This document shows positions 1 through 11,719 of a DNA stretch of 64,000 nt, in pieces; positions within the stretch are counted from its first letter, which is position 1, and each line of letters opens with the position of its first letter. The translations under genes and the position numbers were made by a program. The notes beneath the pieces were generated by a model. The model searched no databases, was not told where the DNA came from, and saw only the letters and a list, made by a program, of their open reading frames with translations. This stretch comes from Raillietiella orientalis (Eukaryota), in contig JAYWIR010000002.1 in the NCBI GenBank assembly GCA_036172245.1, forward strand, positions 4,464,001 to 4,528,000, in the 5' to 3' direction.

Positions 1-537
1 TCGAATACATAATAGACAACGGAGGAGTGTGTACAGAGGAATCGTATCCATATACTGGCTGTGTAACCATGACGTGGACGGTATTTCATGATTTATGAAT
101 TTGTCTTTTTTTTGTAGGATAAAAAGTGTCGTTTCTCAAACCAGAGTTTGGGAGCGACCATGACGGATTTTGATTACGTAAATTGCAGGAACGAAAGAGA
201 ACTGCAAAAAGCTCTCGTTCTCTACGGACCGATCTCTGTTGCCATAGATGCCAGTCACGATTCTTTTCTTTTTTATTCATCTGGTAGGAGATGAATGACT
301 GAGTGTACTTACGAGAATATCGATATAGGAATATATTATAACAGGAATTGTTCCAGTGAACATCTTGATCACGCTGCGCTACTTGTGGGATACGATGTAA
401 GTGATGAAGGTGATGAATTCTGGATCGTTAAAAATTCATACGGAGAGGACTGGGGAGAAGATGGCTACATAAAAATGTCCCGAAATAGGGACAACAATTG
501 TGGCATCGCATCCGAGGCCATTTTTCCCATTCTATAA
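1..537 (+). CDS. Papain-family (C1A) cysteine protease, cathepsin L-like, 3' part; exons <1-62, 118-283, 329-537
   Basis: Spliced translation EYIIDNGGVCTEESYPYTGC|DKKCRF...GPISVAIDASHDSFLFYSS|GIYYNRNCSSEHLDHAALLVGY...FWIVKNSYGEDWGEDGYIKMSRNRDNNCGIASEAIFPIL*. Catalytic His and Asn motifs present. GT-AG introns at 63-117 and 284-328; AATAAA at 612-617. Confidence 0.95.
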
Positions 538-2341
538 TTTTGTGGCGTATTTGGCAAACCACATTTATTCATTGTGTGTATGAACAAATGGATTTTCATC
601 TCTGAAGATACAATAAAATGTCATTATTAACGACGGATCGACTAAGTACGGATTTAATTTTGATCACGTTACATTCCAATGGAAACGAAAGCACATAAGT
701 AGTTGATTAAAAAAGTCCAGAAGGAGTCAACGGATCATAATTTTTTTTTTCTCCAGGGAAGAATCCAGTTGTTTAACATAAAAACAACTGGCGTGCACCA
801 TTGCATCCCCTTGGTCATGTTTTATGATGACTGTGGGATACACGAGTTGAGTTATTGACCCAAAAATGACTGAGTTAGCACAAATAAGTAGTAGGGTTCC
901 CTGGTCTTCAAGGAAGTTGTTTCAAATGCATTTTCGCATTTTTTTTGTTTTTGTTTTGAGATGATTCATAAAGTCTCTCAGCTGCAAAATTTGAAACTTT
1001 GCATATGATTCCTGCCCATTTACAAAGTGTGATGAATCTGGAAGAGAATATTCAGCTTCTCGTAGGAATTAATTATCTTCAGTTATTATATTTCGAATTT
1101 TTTTTTAACGTTATAACGGTTTCCTTTTCAGGAAAAGCGCTTTTTCATGAAGTGCCATTTGCTGCATTGTTACCAGGTATTTTTTGGTCCTTTTGAACGT
1201 TTAGTTCGGATGGACTTCTTTCTTGAAAGAACTTTTCTTATCCTATGCATTCTGCATGATGGTAGTTTCCGCTCGAAGAGTTTTTTAATAGCAAACCTTT
1301 TACAGTGATTTCCTCTTAGAATTTCGAGTCTCAAGTATTGAAAAATTTGGGTCATATTTTTTTTCTTCTGTTACCAGAGTTTACTTCGTGTTTTTTTTTT
1401 TTTTGAAAATGCACGAAGCCCCAAATTATCCTTTTGAGAGCTAATTTGAGAATGTCACCAAATTAAAAAAATAGACTAACATCTCATCGGCATATTTCAT
1501 TAAAATCAATGTGTTGTGATGTATTATGCAAACTAAGAACTCAGACATGTCGCTTTTAAGAAAGAATGTCATATTTTCAAAGGCAACTGTTGACGAATTC
1601 CTGAAGAACCATTTGTTCAGCAAATGTCGAATTCAAAATACTGGGAACATTTTCTGAGCGTGCAACTGCAATGTAAAAGCAGATAATCTGACTGATAAAT
1701 GCAGGACAGTAATAATTCATGAAAGAGCACGTGAAACATAAAGTTTTAAAGATATTTAATACAAAATTGCAATTCTTACGTTAAGTATGCACACTGGCGG
1801 CAGAAATCAACAGCTGCTGTTTAGTAGCTTGGTAAGAGACTCGAGCTTATACTGAAGTATGACCTCAAGTATGACCTCTCATTTCTGGGCATGCAGATCA
1901 CCAGTTGCAGTTCAGAAAGAGTAATACAGATACTGACAAAGTTATCTAGTTACACTTGAAGCATTAAAAGCAATTCCTTAACAAGCAATTTTTTTCCTGA
2001 AAAATTTAAGTGTAATCGAATGACGTATGGAGATTTCATTTGTAATATTTGTATTCAAAGTAAAAATATGAAAATTTATCTTATCCATACACACATGTTG
2101 CTTTTGTTATATTTATTTGGATTTAGCTAGTTTTTTCAACTGATTATTTGCTGCAACCATTCTACCTCATTTTTTTTTGCCTATTTGTAGTTGGTTTCGG
2201 GTATATCTTCTTTAACCAGTTCCTCTGTACACGCTTCGGCTGTACATATACTAGTGGGGTGTTGATTCATGAATAGCTATCACGAAATTGTAACTTGGAT
2301 GGCATTCATAAACGATGGAAAAATTAAATATCTTTAAAATT

Positions 2342-2557
2342 AACCTTAGTCAAGAGCAGTAGCGGCGCTTGACAGAGTAGATAAACGATCATTACTCCAG
2401 GTTCTGCCAACGCTAGAAGGCCGATATTATTCGGAGGAGGCTTGGGGTGGAAGGAAATGAGCCCATCGCCTAGGGATATATGGATTTTATTGCGTTCCAA
2501 CGCAGCTCAGCTCGTGATTTTGCAATAGCTTTTGGTGTTCCGCCGCACTTGCTTGGT
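2342..2557 (+). pseudogene. Decayed fragment of an alphaproteobacterial HK97-family phage/GTA portal protein gene (Rickettsiales/Wolbachia-like)
   Basis: Across two frameshifts and two stops it reads NLSQEQ*RRLTE*INDHYS/GSANARRPILFGGGLGWKEMSPSPRD/MDFIAFQRSSARDFAIAFGVPPHLLG. This matches the recalled portal motif (NAGRPxLLEGGLxWxxMxxSPxDMDF...ARxIAxAFGVPPxLLG). Confidence 0.8.
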
Positions 2558-3402
2558 TCCATCCCCCTTCTTTAAAGTAAAAAGCCCGTTTCCATCTTCT
2601 GCCACGGAATTATAACCTAGTGGGAGATTGAGGACTGCGCATAGATTTCAGACTTGCATTAAGGTTGTCATCATCTGGCCTTTTAAACAGAAAGCAAGCA
2701 CCATAACCATTAGTAGACCAACATGGAACACTACGTGGCACTGTACTTTTGCCATTATCCTCGTTAATGCACTTAGAATTCGCATTGCAACTTGCACTAG
2801 GATTACCTGAAAATTTTTGCACACTAGATTTATAATCATTGCAAACCAAGTGAAAGTCAGGCAAACTATTGCCGGCCTTCCAATTGCTGTTGTTATATGA
2901 AAGCTTCCTAGTTTTCAGTGGATTCCCAGCTAACTTTAGTTTCTTGGTTAGTTCTTCGTCTTTTCAGATTCTTTCCATTTTGTTCTTTCAACTTTTAGTT
3001 TTCATAAGTAAAGCATACAATGGAGACAGTATTTTTTTGTAACTACTAAGGATTTTCATGAAACCAGCTTCTTAATTGAAATTTGCTTTGAAGATATTTC
3101 TTCAAAAATTCAACATTTATATTGTTTGGCCCATTTCTGTGATTTTGCCAGGTGTGACTTCTGGTATGCTCTAAATGATATATATCTCTAAATTACCTTC
3201 TCAAGTTTAATTGTTATTTGGAACAACGAGCTGAAATACCAAGAATTACACAAGATTAAAAATCGTGCAGTTATGTTATCTCAATGAAAAACCAAGATGA
3301 ATTAACTGTATCAGTTTATTGGGGTTGCAAACAAATTAACAAAATGCAAATTTGAAAAATGCTGACTCTGATTAATCAAGTATGCAAAATTGCTACTTGA
3401 CA

Positions 3403-5710
3403 TCAGCCTGGTACAAACTGGAGTCCATCTGAGTTAAAGTGGCATTTTTTTTTCCTTTTGCTAACTCTGTTCCAGACAGCAAAACCTTCATTAACTAACA
3501 TTTCCGATGCAGATTTAAGTTCGTTTTTATTAGAATGCAATTCCAATCCCAACAACTGCAAGTCATTATCACTAAAAGAGGCAGATTACAGAGAAAAGTC
3601 CAGAATCTGCAAGTTGTCATGTGTATTACCTAGTGACCACTGTAGCCAGCAATAAATCCTGTGTGAAGTCTTGCAGCAATGCAGCTGCTTCATTAATTTT
3701 GCCTGTACCACAAGGAGATATTAAAGCTAAATTAGCTCGCACTGCCTGAGCAGGAAATTTTGTGAAGCGTGCTACAATCCGCCAAAGATCTGTGTCAGAA
3801 ACCCAAGCTAAATAACCATCATCTACTAAGAAAACCTTAATACACATCATTTCTCAACATTTTTCAAGTTTTCGTGTTTTCTTACTTGAACCATTTTATT
3901 GTCAGACTGAATAACACGACCTCTGTGCCATTTACCATCACAACGTGCTATTGCAAGCTGACCCTCTGATGGAGGTGATAAAAGGCGATGTTGATGAAAA
4001 TGATGTTGATAATAATGATTTAAGTGACACATAAACTCCTTGTAACTCGAAAAACTTGGGTCTGTTGAATTACAAAACCTGCTGTTCTATCTATTTTATC
4101 AGTAAGTATACCTTTTGAAATGAGAACATAAAAACTCCATGGACTCCAGATGGCAGTAACCTTAACTATAAGTTCATCCCCAACGTTGGGAAGATCACAT
4201 TCCACCAGATAAACATCCACTTCTTCTTGATCTTGAGTCCAATATGCTAATTGAGGACATAACTGGCAACTCATTTAAAAGACCAATAAAATACCATCCT
4301 GGGGACGAATATGCTGGTATTTACAATATTTTCCCCGATGGCACTTTTTTCCTGCACTGAAGAATTGGCACACAGAGTTCCTCTGCTGAGGGACATATCC
4401 CAACATTTTGGCAGCAACATTATCATCATCCACACCATAGTTGTTTTGAGGGCTGCAAAAATCTTCTGACATTGGATCCCATGCTTGATCTTGATTAAAT
4501 AATAGAGAAGCTACTCCATGATTTACTAAGAGGAAGTTGATACAAGAATTGTCATCAGATGCATGTGTTATCAAGACTGGGTATGGTCTTTGGGATGGGT
4601 CCACTTCAACACCATAATAAATATCCTACCTGTAATCCATATTCATTATCCGAAACTTGAAGACATCTTTAAAGCCTGTCATGTTGATGAACAACTCTAT
4701 AGCCTCATTAGACCAACAAGCTCCTTTGGCAGATGTCACCTAGAAATGAAAATCATGACCTCAATTAATGAATCTTCACTATCATTTTATTTGAATTCTA
4801 TTGAGATCAAGTGCACCTAAATGGTTCATAAACTAACCTCTGCAAGTTGGCAAGGTAGAGAGAGTGCTGGAAGTTTACAGAATTCCTTTTTCAATGGTCT
4901 GAGTGCTTCCCAATCTAACCACTCAGCATTACCATAATCTACATATGCTACTAACAATTTAGTAGTACTATCAATGGTTTTTGAGTTTTCACATGAATCT
5001 TTATTTGATGGAGACCTGCTGATGTCAAGAATCCGGCCCCTATACCATCGTGCTTCTATTCGATTGAAAGCAGCTACACATGTGCCTACTTTCACTGTTT
5101 CATGGGCCCATGAAACTGCTGTATTGGAATAGTGATTTTCCAATTTACGTTCTACCCTGTATCATGAAAACGCAAAAAGCCAATGAATTATTCACTTATT
5201 AGTATCCTACTCATCAATCTGCAAGGTACTGTCTTCTAATCTATGGACAAAAAACTGAGATGGGCTGTACACGAACGATAGCATTCCCGGAAATTCACAG
5301 TTTCCAGGCTTAACGAATGCATCGCGAATCGAACCTAAAAATTTTGGTTTAATTATTCGTCTGTAGGTTATTCAAATCATAACGGCTGAGACTGAAAACC
5401 TTAATAACTCATGAAAGCATGGGGTGGGTACGTAATTGTTACCTATGCACAAAGTAAAACGAATACCTGGTATGGGTCAGGAAAAAAGGGTAGGGAAAAG
5501 AAAAGAAAAAAAAAAAATAATCGCAAGTTTTGTAAGTCTCTTAATTTGACTTGAACACGGAATACAAATAAGGTATACATTACACGATAGGCCATCTTTG
5601 TGGTGTTTGGGCATATCGTCGTTTTCGCTGTCGCTACTGCATGAGGGCGCGCCGTCCCGACCGCTCTCATTTTTCCAGTCCAGGCGGATTCGTTTGTTTT
5701 TTCTACCCAT
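3403..5710 (-). CDS. Krimper-like Tudor-CCCH zinc finger-Tudor protein (piRNA pathway). Exons 5334-5211, 5156-4838, 4739-4630, 4587-4295, 4246-4112, 4061-3886, 3835-3630, 3571-3403; first exon (ATG ~5710) tentative
   Basis: In-frame GT-AG splicing gives extended Tudor 1 (VYSPSQFFV...RWYRGRI...YVDYGN...FCKLPALSLPC), a CCCH finger (CQFFSAGKKCHRGKYCKYQH) and extended Tudor 2 (IWSPWSFYV...DGKWHRGRV...FLVDDG...KFPAQAVRA), ending FVPG*. This domain order matches Drosophila Krimper; orthology not tested. Confidence 0.88.
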
Positions 5711-6783
5711 GCCGGACGGAACACGCGCCGGGGACACCTATCCACAGTAGGGACCAACGCCCCTTTTGTGATTTTTGTATCTGCTTCGGCAGCCCCCTCA
5801 GCTGCTTGAACTCGCGAAGGCAGCAAGTTCCATCAGCAGCAGACGTTGCTGGAGACGATCCACCCTTGGAAATCTGGGGAGGGGATGGTCTCGGGACGGA
5901 AGACTCCAGCCAGGTATCCGGGAACACCTCAGCGATTTTTCGACGAACTGCACCAGGAGGCTGCAAATCGGGAGATGCTTCAGCGATTCATTGAAAAGTG
6001 AACGTGGAACAATTCTTATCACAGTAATTCCCAAGCTCGGAACAGTTCGTCTTACCTTCGTTATGTGCCCTTTCGGCAAAGCGAGTCGCACGGGAACGTC
6101 TTTGTGACAGTCGGTTCGTTTTTCTTTTCTTTTTCAATAGAAAACGGCCGCATGCAGAGGTAACTCAAACCCGTCTTAGCAGTCGGGCTCTGCACTGTTG
6201 AAACTGTTTGGAGCTTCCAGCGAAAGCCGTCATTAAACTTAATTAGTCACACAGGCGATTTCCATCATTTCCAATTCTTTTCGAGGTTTGGTTCACAATG
6301 TCACAACCGGGACGCGAGCTTAGCAGTAGACAGAGAGCTTTTCAGTATTCGCAGTTGTTTTAGTTTATCATTCAATTATCATCCTCATTCACAATTCAAG
6401 ATATGTATTTGGAGTGAGAGGGGGGGGGAGGGGAGAAGGGTCACGTGTTAAACGATTCACTTCCCCCATCTAATTGATGCCTCGGGCGAGTTATCCTTTC
6501 AGCTCCAAACCATCCAGCTTTGAATAGAATTTTTTTCATTGAAATTTCCGTCATTTCTGGATTGTTTTTCTGCTTGATAGTTGTACAACTTTGTTATAAA
6601 TGTCTTGCTTTCAATCTATCAAAGCAAAGAGGCAGCTTTCTAGATTCAGGATACAACTATGAGACCACAAGGAAAATCTTCAAGAAAACTTCCCTTGCCA
6701 ATAATTGTTAGCAAGGTTCACGGTAATCGATAATAACGCAAACATATTTTAAAAATTGAATATACAAGTGTGCAGTCTGCTAT

Positions 6784-7011
6784 TTTTTCACCCAGATGCT
6801 CCGGGACGTGTATTGCTAAATCATCCAGGAACCAAGTTCCCAGACAAAGGGTACAGGGGTACGGAGGGAGGGATCCCCGACACGCAGGTCGGTATACACG
6901 AAAGTCCAGAACGGGAGGGAGGGGAACACAAATAAATATATAAAAAATATATAAAAAAAAGATATGGGGAGATTGGGGACACGGCTCTTTGGCTTCGGCC
7001 GTTCCTTCTTG
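6784..7011 (-). mobile_element. 5'-truncated non-LTR retrotransposon (3'UTR only), 17-bp TSD
   Basis: Reverse complement is similar to 21340-21575. TSD agtgtgcagtctgctat at 6767-6783 and 7012-7028. Confidence 0.85.
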
Positions 7012-7259
7012 AGTGTGCAGTCTGCTATGATGGTTTATGGTTACCTAACGATATCGAAGAATGATATTGCAGGCTGTGCATGCAATCTACATTTTTCGTG
7101 GACAGCTTATGCCGATCGAGACTGAGAGGACGTAGTAAGTAGACAGCACCATGGATAACGTGAACGACGAGCATTTCGTACATCAACCGATGCAACGAGG
7201 AACATCACAAGCTACAGGGTTTCCAGTCTATCACCAAAAGGTCTGCGAACCACGGACGT

Positions 7260-7345
7260 TGCGACAAGATCTGCAAAACAGTCTGTCTGTCTGTCCACTA
7301 AACGTTGAGTTTACAATAGCAGCCACCGAAACATGGTTCTGTATA
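7260..7345 (+). mobile_element. Possible LINE AP-endonuclease remnant
   Basis: FTIAATETWF resembles the APE I(A/G)xTETW motif; short match only. Confidence 0.35.
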
Positions 7346-8026
7346 ATATTTTGTTAACCAACGTCATACTGTTCTTTAATCTTTTTTGTTTTATAGTTGC
7401 ATGATCAAAATGGATGCTGAGAAAAATACTATTGCCAAACCATGAGGGGCCGCCGATTAGCAATTTCTACACTTGATAAAAGTGTCATTTCTGTCTTTTT
7501 CGTTACATGTGGTAATATGGAAAATCAAAGAACTGCAATTTAAAATTCACATCTTTTCCAATTTCACAAGGGCAAAATACATTCTTTGCAGTTTCTATGT
7601 ACAACATGGACTCTGTACCTTTCAGTTACTGCTTTCTTGTGAGCGCATGCTAGGATTCAGTTTTGTATGAGACAGCATGCATTAATGGGATCTTTGTTTC
7701 CAATGGCTCGGAACAAAGAAGAGTGATTACACGAATAGATCGAAATGCTCCTGGAAAATCTACAAAATATTAGGGAATGATTTCTGAACGAATCCCTCTA
7801 AATACAATGGATTTCTGAGAAGAAACATGACCTTATGAAGGTGTCGGAACCCATCGCAGAAGCTCTAACGTTGTTCCTCGGGGTTGCACCCTCTAGGACT
7901 CTGAAAAATTGCTTACAGAAGAGATCTCTCTTTCTGAGAAGAAAGAGAGATCTCATAATGACCTTGAAGGAGATCTTCAAAAACACTATAAAAACCTAAC
8001 CGAAGCATCCACTCCTCAGTTACAAG

Positions 8027-8270
8027 ATGCCTTACGCAAAAACCGCAACGTGGTCCTTCACAGTTAACAACTACATCACAGAAATACAACAGCTACAAGA
8101 GTGGATCACAGAAAAGTGCAACTACGCAATAGTTGGAAAAGAAATTTCAACCACAGGGAACACCCTACCTACAAGGATACCTGCAAACAAAACTTCCCTA
8201 CATACTACCACGACTCAAAAAAATTCAAGGACACTTGAAATGAAATGGTCCTACTGCTTACATCTCCAGT
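8027..8270 (+). pseudogene. rep: Endogenous CRESS-DNA virus Rep N-terminal (HUH endonuclease) fragment
   Basis: MPYAKTATWSFTVNNY (RCR motif I FTxNN)...YAIVGKEISTT, then a 1-nt frameshift near 8158 to GTPYLQGYLQ (motif II TPHLQG-like), then LKKIQGHLK*. TATAAAAA at 7987-7994 upstream. Confidence 0.85.
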
Positions 8271-9109
8271 AGTGAAGTGGATGTATCAAGCAAGAAGACA
8301 CGTCGAAAAGCATGGGAGATGATGAGAAATATCTTTAGGAAATTAGTGCAGATCTGATAATTGTACCAGATCTGTAATCATTACAACTTTTGTAGCAGTA
8401 TCCAAGAAGCTGCTGACATCTCTTTTTGCGTATGCCTCGTATATCTTTAAGATCCAGTCTTCACTTCTTGAATTCTAAAAAACGCTTTAGTCCACTGATT
8501 AATGAGCATAAAACAATTTCTTCATTAGGCTCGCTAACTGCTAAGCCATGTGCTTCGTTTAAATTCTGCCAGATGAGCTTTTATCCTAATGCTACCTTAA
8601 AAGCCTAATAAAAATATCTGGATAAACTTTGCCTGAAAGCTTCCTGCATTTGACTCATTTGGCTGCACGGGTTTCGGTGTTCTTTCTTCATCAACTGGAA
8701 TGTCTGATAGTAATTTGCATGCTGTTCCACAGTCTCATGAAACACGAATTTATCCTGCGAGCTCAAAACCAATATTCATCAAGAACAAACAGTTGCTGTG
8801 AGCACAAGCAACAGGATGAAAATCTCTTCGTTTTTCTGTTTTGTTGTCTTAGCTGTTGTGTTGTTTTTCTTCCGATACTCTTTCAATGATGGATTTTTTT
8901 TTTTTTTTTTTTCGTACTGGCTGCTCCGCATGCAAAGTTCATGTGAGAATTAGAGTGGCATCGGGTCGCAGGGAATTTGGTAGTTTCCTGGAAACAGCTT
9001 CCGCCAAGTTCCCAGCACAATGATTTGTAATGAGATTTCCTTTACACGATGATCAAAAAAGAAAGCTCAAAATCACTTATCATTGATGCATAGCACATAT
9101 CAGACATTT

Positions 9110-9400
9110 CCCACGTTCTTTTCAGTAAAGTTTCCTGATGCTATTCCATCCTCGAGTAATGCTGGAGATGCATTTGCATCAGCTGAAGTCCAGGTCTCAC
9201 TAGCGATGATGATAGTTGCACACGAAAGAACCGAAATACAAAAGAGATGAATCCTTTGGAAAAAATTACTAAAAGAGCTTACTGAAATGACTGTAAATTT
9301 ATCAGAAAATACTGTTCTGAACGAGTGAAAGCTATCAGTAATGAATTCTCTGCAAAGAATTTGTTTCCCATCACAAAGGTCTGATCCTATTGGGACAGAC
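9110..9400 (-). mobile_element. Possible LINE (CR1/L2-like) endonuclease remnant
   Basis: ATIIIASETWT resembles the APE motif IIxxSETW. Confidence 0.35.
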
Positions 9401-9601
9401 AACTACAACTTCCATTGGATTAATTAGGATTCGCCTAGTGAACGATCGTATTCAGTAATGGGAGGATTTTCGGATGATTCTCTGCATTAATTTTCAGTGT
9501 TTATAGCAATGTGTGTGCGTGTGCATGTGTATGTGTTTTTTGGTATTTGAAAGGCCGGTAGCGACCTCATGGAGAGATCGTTACTACTGGCCTAGGATGA
9601 T

Positions 9602-10391
9602 TATCACCCGGTTCTGCAGAGGCATTTATTACATAAAGCAATAAAAATAAATTGGAGACATACATTGGTACACACTAATGCATTTTTATTTTTATTCACG
9701 TGCAATAAACCTGCCGAAGAGCGTTGCGCAGACCGGCGAGGTTCGCTTCGGCGGGAGGGGGAGAGGAAAAGTAAACTCACAAAACAGGGGAGGGAGGGAC
9801 CGAGGGAGGGATCATGGTATGCCGCCCAACGTCCTCTGCATCCTATTCAGAAAGATCCGCGCCCAGTGGATGGCGTCCCTGCCATTTTGACCTCTTCTTC
9901 TGGCATTCCAGACCACTGCGATCCCTCAAGGACAGCGGAGAACTGCGAGGGGAGCGGCTGGTGGCAGTGCAGCACCACGCACGAAGAGGAGTAGGAAAAT
10001 GTCCCTGGGGCCGCTCGCCGGGAATCCTAGGGTCGTCGCGAGGCGATCCCAAAGGGGTCGGAGGGCACAACAGTCCAACAGCAGGTGCGTGAGGGTCTTC
10101 CCGCACATGTCGCACCGAGCGTCCATACTCCTCCCCGCGTCCAATGGTGAAGGCGCGCTTGGCACGGGATTCCCCCATGCAACACCGGCAACACAGACTC
10201 CTGCCAATTGAGGGGAGGGCGCCACTGTTCCAGCACGCTGAGAGCCAGTTCCCCTTTTCCGGAGGGTGCCGAGCAGCTCCCCCCAGCGTGCAATTCCGTG
10301 GGATGGGACACTCGGGGTCGCAGCGTAGTCACTTCCCGAGCTGTCATCCCCAATACTTTCTTCTTTGCTGCTATGCAGCATGTATTAGCAT
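9602..10391 (-). mobile_element. 5'-truncated Tx1/L1-like non-LTR retrotransposon, 14-bp TSD
   Basis: ORF2 C-terminal zinc-finger remnant CDMCGKTLTHLLLDCCALRPLW. TSD tggcctaggatgat at 9588-9601 and 10392-10405. Confidence 0.85.
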
Positions 10392-10600
10392 TGGCCTAGG
10401 ATGATGGAGATCCGTCTCTGCTTTCGTTCCAATTTTTTTCTCTTTTCTGATTCGCCAAGTGATGAAGAACCGTCCACCTACTTGGGAGGAGAAGGAGAGG
10501 GGCTCATATGACTCTTTGACACTGTCCACGCCACCCGAGGGACCACCCTAAGAATCCAAGAATGCTCCGGAGGAAGGAGTCCGTTCCTCTAACGCTTGGT

Positions 10601-11400
10601 TTGTCACCCGGGTTTGCCGGGGTCTTTATTATAAAAGATTGTAATAAAGTTGTAACATTAACAAAATCATGGTAGAACACTTGGTTCTACCACGCGCGAA
10701 GGACTTGCCAAAAACCGGTAGGCAGACTGGTGAGGTCCGCTCCAGCGGCGAAGGGAGAGGGAAAACCACAAAGAATAAACAGACAAAAGGGAGGGAAAAA
10801 AAGGGGAGGGGGAAGTTTCCTGGGGAGGGGAGGGGAGGGAAGGGATCACTGTCCGCCTGGAGACGTCCTCTGCACCCTGTTCAAGATGCTGACAAGTGCT
10901 GTTTTAAAGTTTACAGCATACCACGATTCCACGGACACAGAAGCAGAGAGCTGCTAAGGACGCGGCTGGCGGCAGATGAGTACGACGGAGGAGGCGCCGG
11001 AAAATGTCCATCGAGCCGCTCGCTGGAAATCCTAGGGTAGTTGTGAGGCGATTCCAAACGGGTTGAAGGGCAGAACAGTCTACCAATAAGTGCGGGAAGG
11101 TCTCCTCTTTCCCGCCGCACTTTGCACAATGGGCATCGACGCTCCTCCGTGACCAATGATGGAGGCGTGCTCTGCATGGGACTCTCCGATGCAACACCTC
11201 AAGTGGCAGATGCCACTTCTTGCCAATTGAGGGGGGAGTGCCACTACCCCAACACGCTGGGGGCTACTTCACTCCCTCTGGAGGTATCGAGAACAGCTTG
11301 CTTCAGCGTAGAAATCCTTTCGGTGGGATACTCGGGGTCGCAGAGTCCACTAGACTTGAATGAGGCAGGACACTTACCACTTTGCCGGTTGATTGCGGTT
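10601..11400 (-). mobile_element. 5'-truncated Tx1/L1-like non-LTR retrotransposon, 9-bp TSD
   Basis: CAKCGGKEETFPHLLVDCSALQPVW. TSD acgcttggt at 10592-10600 and 11401-11409. Confidence 0.85.
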
Positions 11401-11719
11401 ACGCTTGGTAGGGAACCCCAAGGGATCCTCTTCCTCATTCTTTTCAGAGGGGTCCTATGGAGAGGGCGATTCGTCTCTTTCTCGAAGGGAACATGGAAAG
11501 CATCGGCTCCTGGAATTTCTTCTCCAGAGGGAACCCGCAAGGGATCCGCTCCTTGTTTCCTCCTCCGAAGAGAACCCCGAAGAAACTCTACCAAATTTGT
11601 CTTGAAGGACGCTCCCCGAAGGGACCAGCGCGCTTTTGACACTCCAGAGAGACGACCGCCAGAGAGTGGTATCAACCATTTCCATGGTACAGATGAATTT
11701 TTACAACCGGAGGGTTCCA

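Larger units (their letters stand above)
9550..11718 (+). repeat. Unclassified hairpin-rich repeat 'X', copy A (9550-9601, 10392-10600, 11401-11718), split by two retrotransposon insertions
   Basis: Shares blocks ttcgccaagtgatgaagaaccg, cacgccacccgaggg, gttcctctaacgcttggtaggg, aagggatccgctcc and cagcgcgcttttgacactcc with copies near 19.5, 37.0 and 41.8 kb. Confidence 0.8.

Noticed and set aside
9553-9600. HDV-like ribozyme at the head of repeat X (GGCCGG start)
   Set aside because: Folds as a simple hairpin; no P3/L3, P1.1 or J4/2 fit found by eye.
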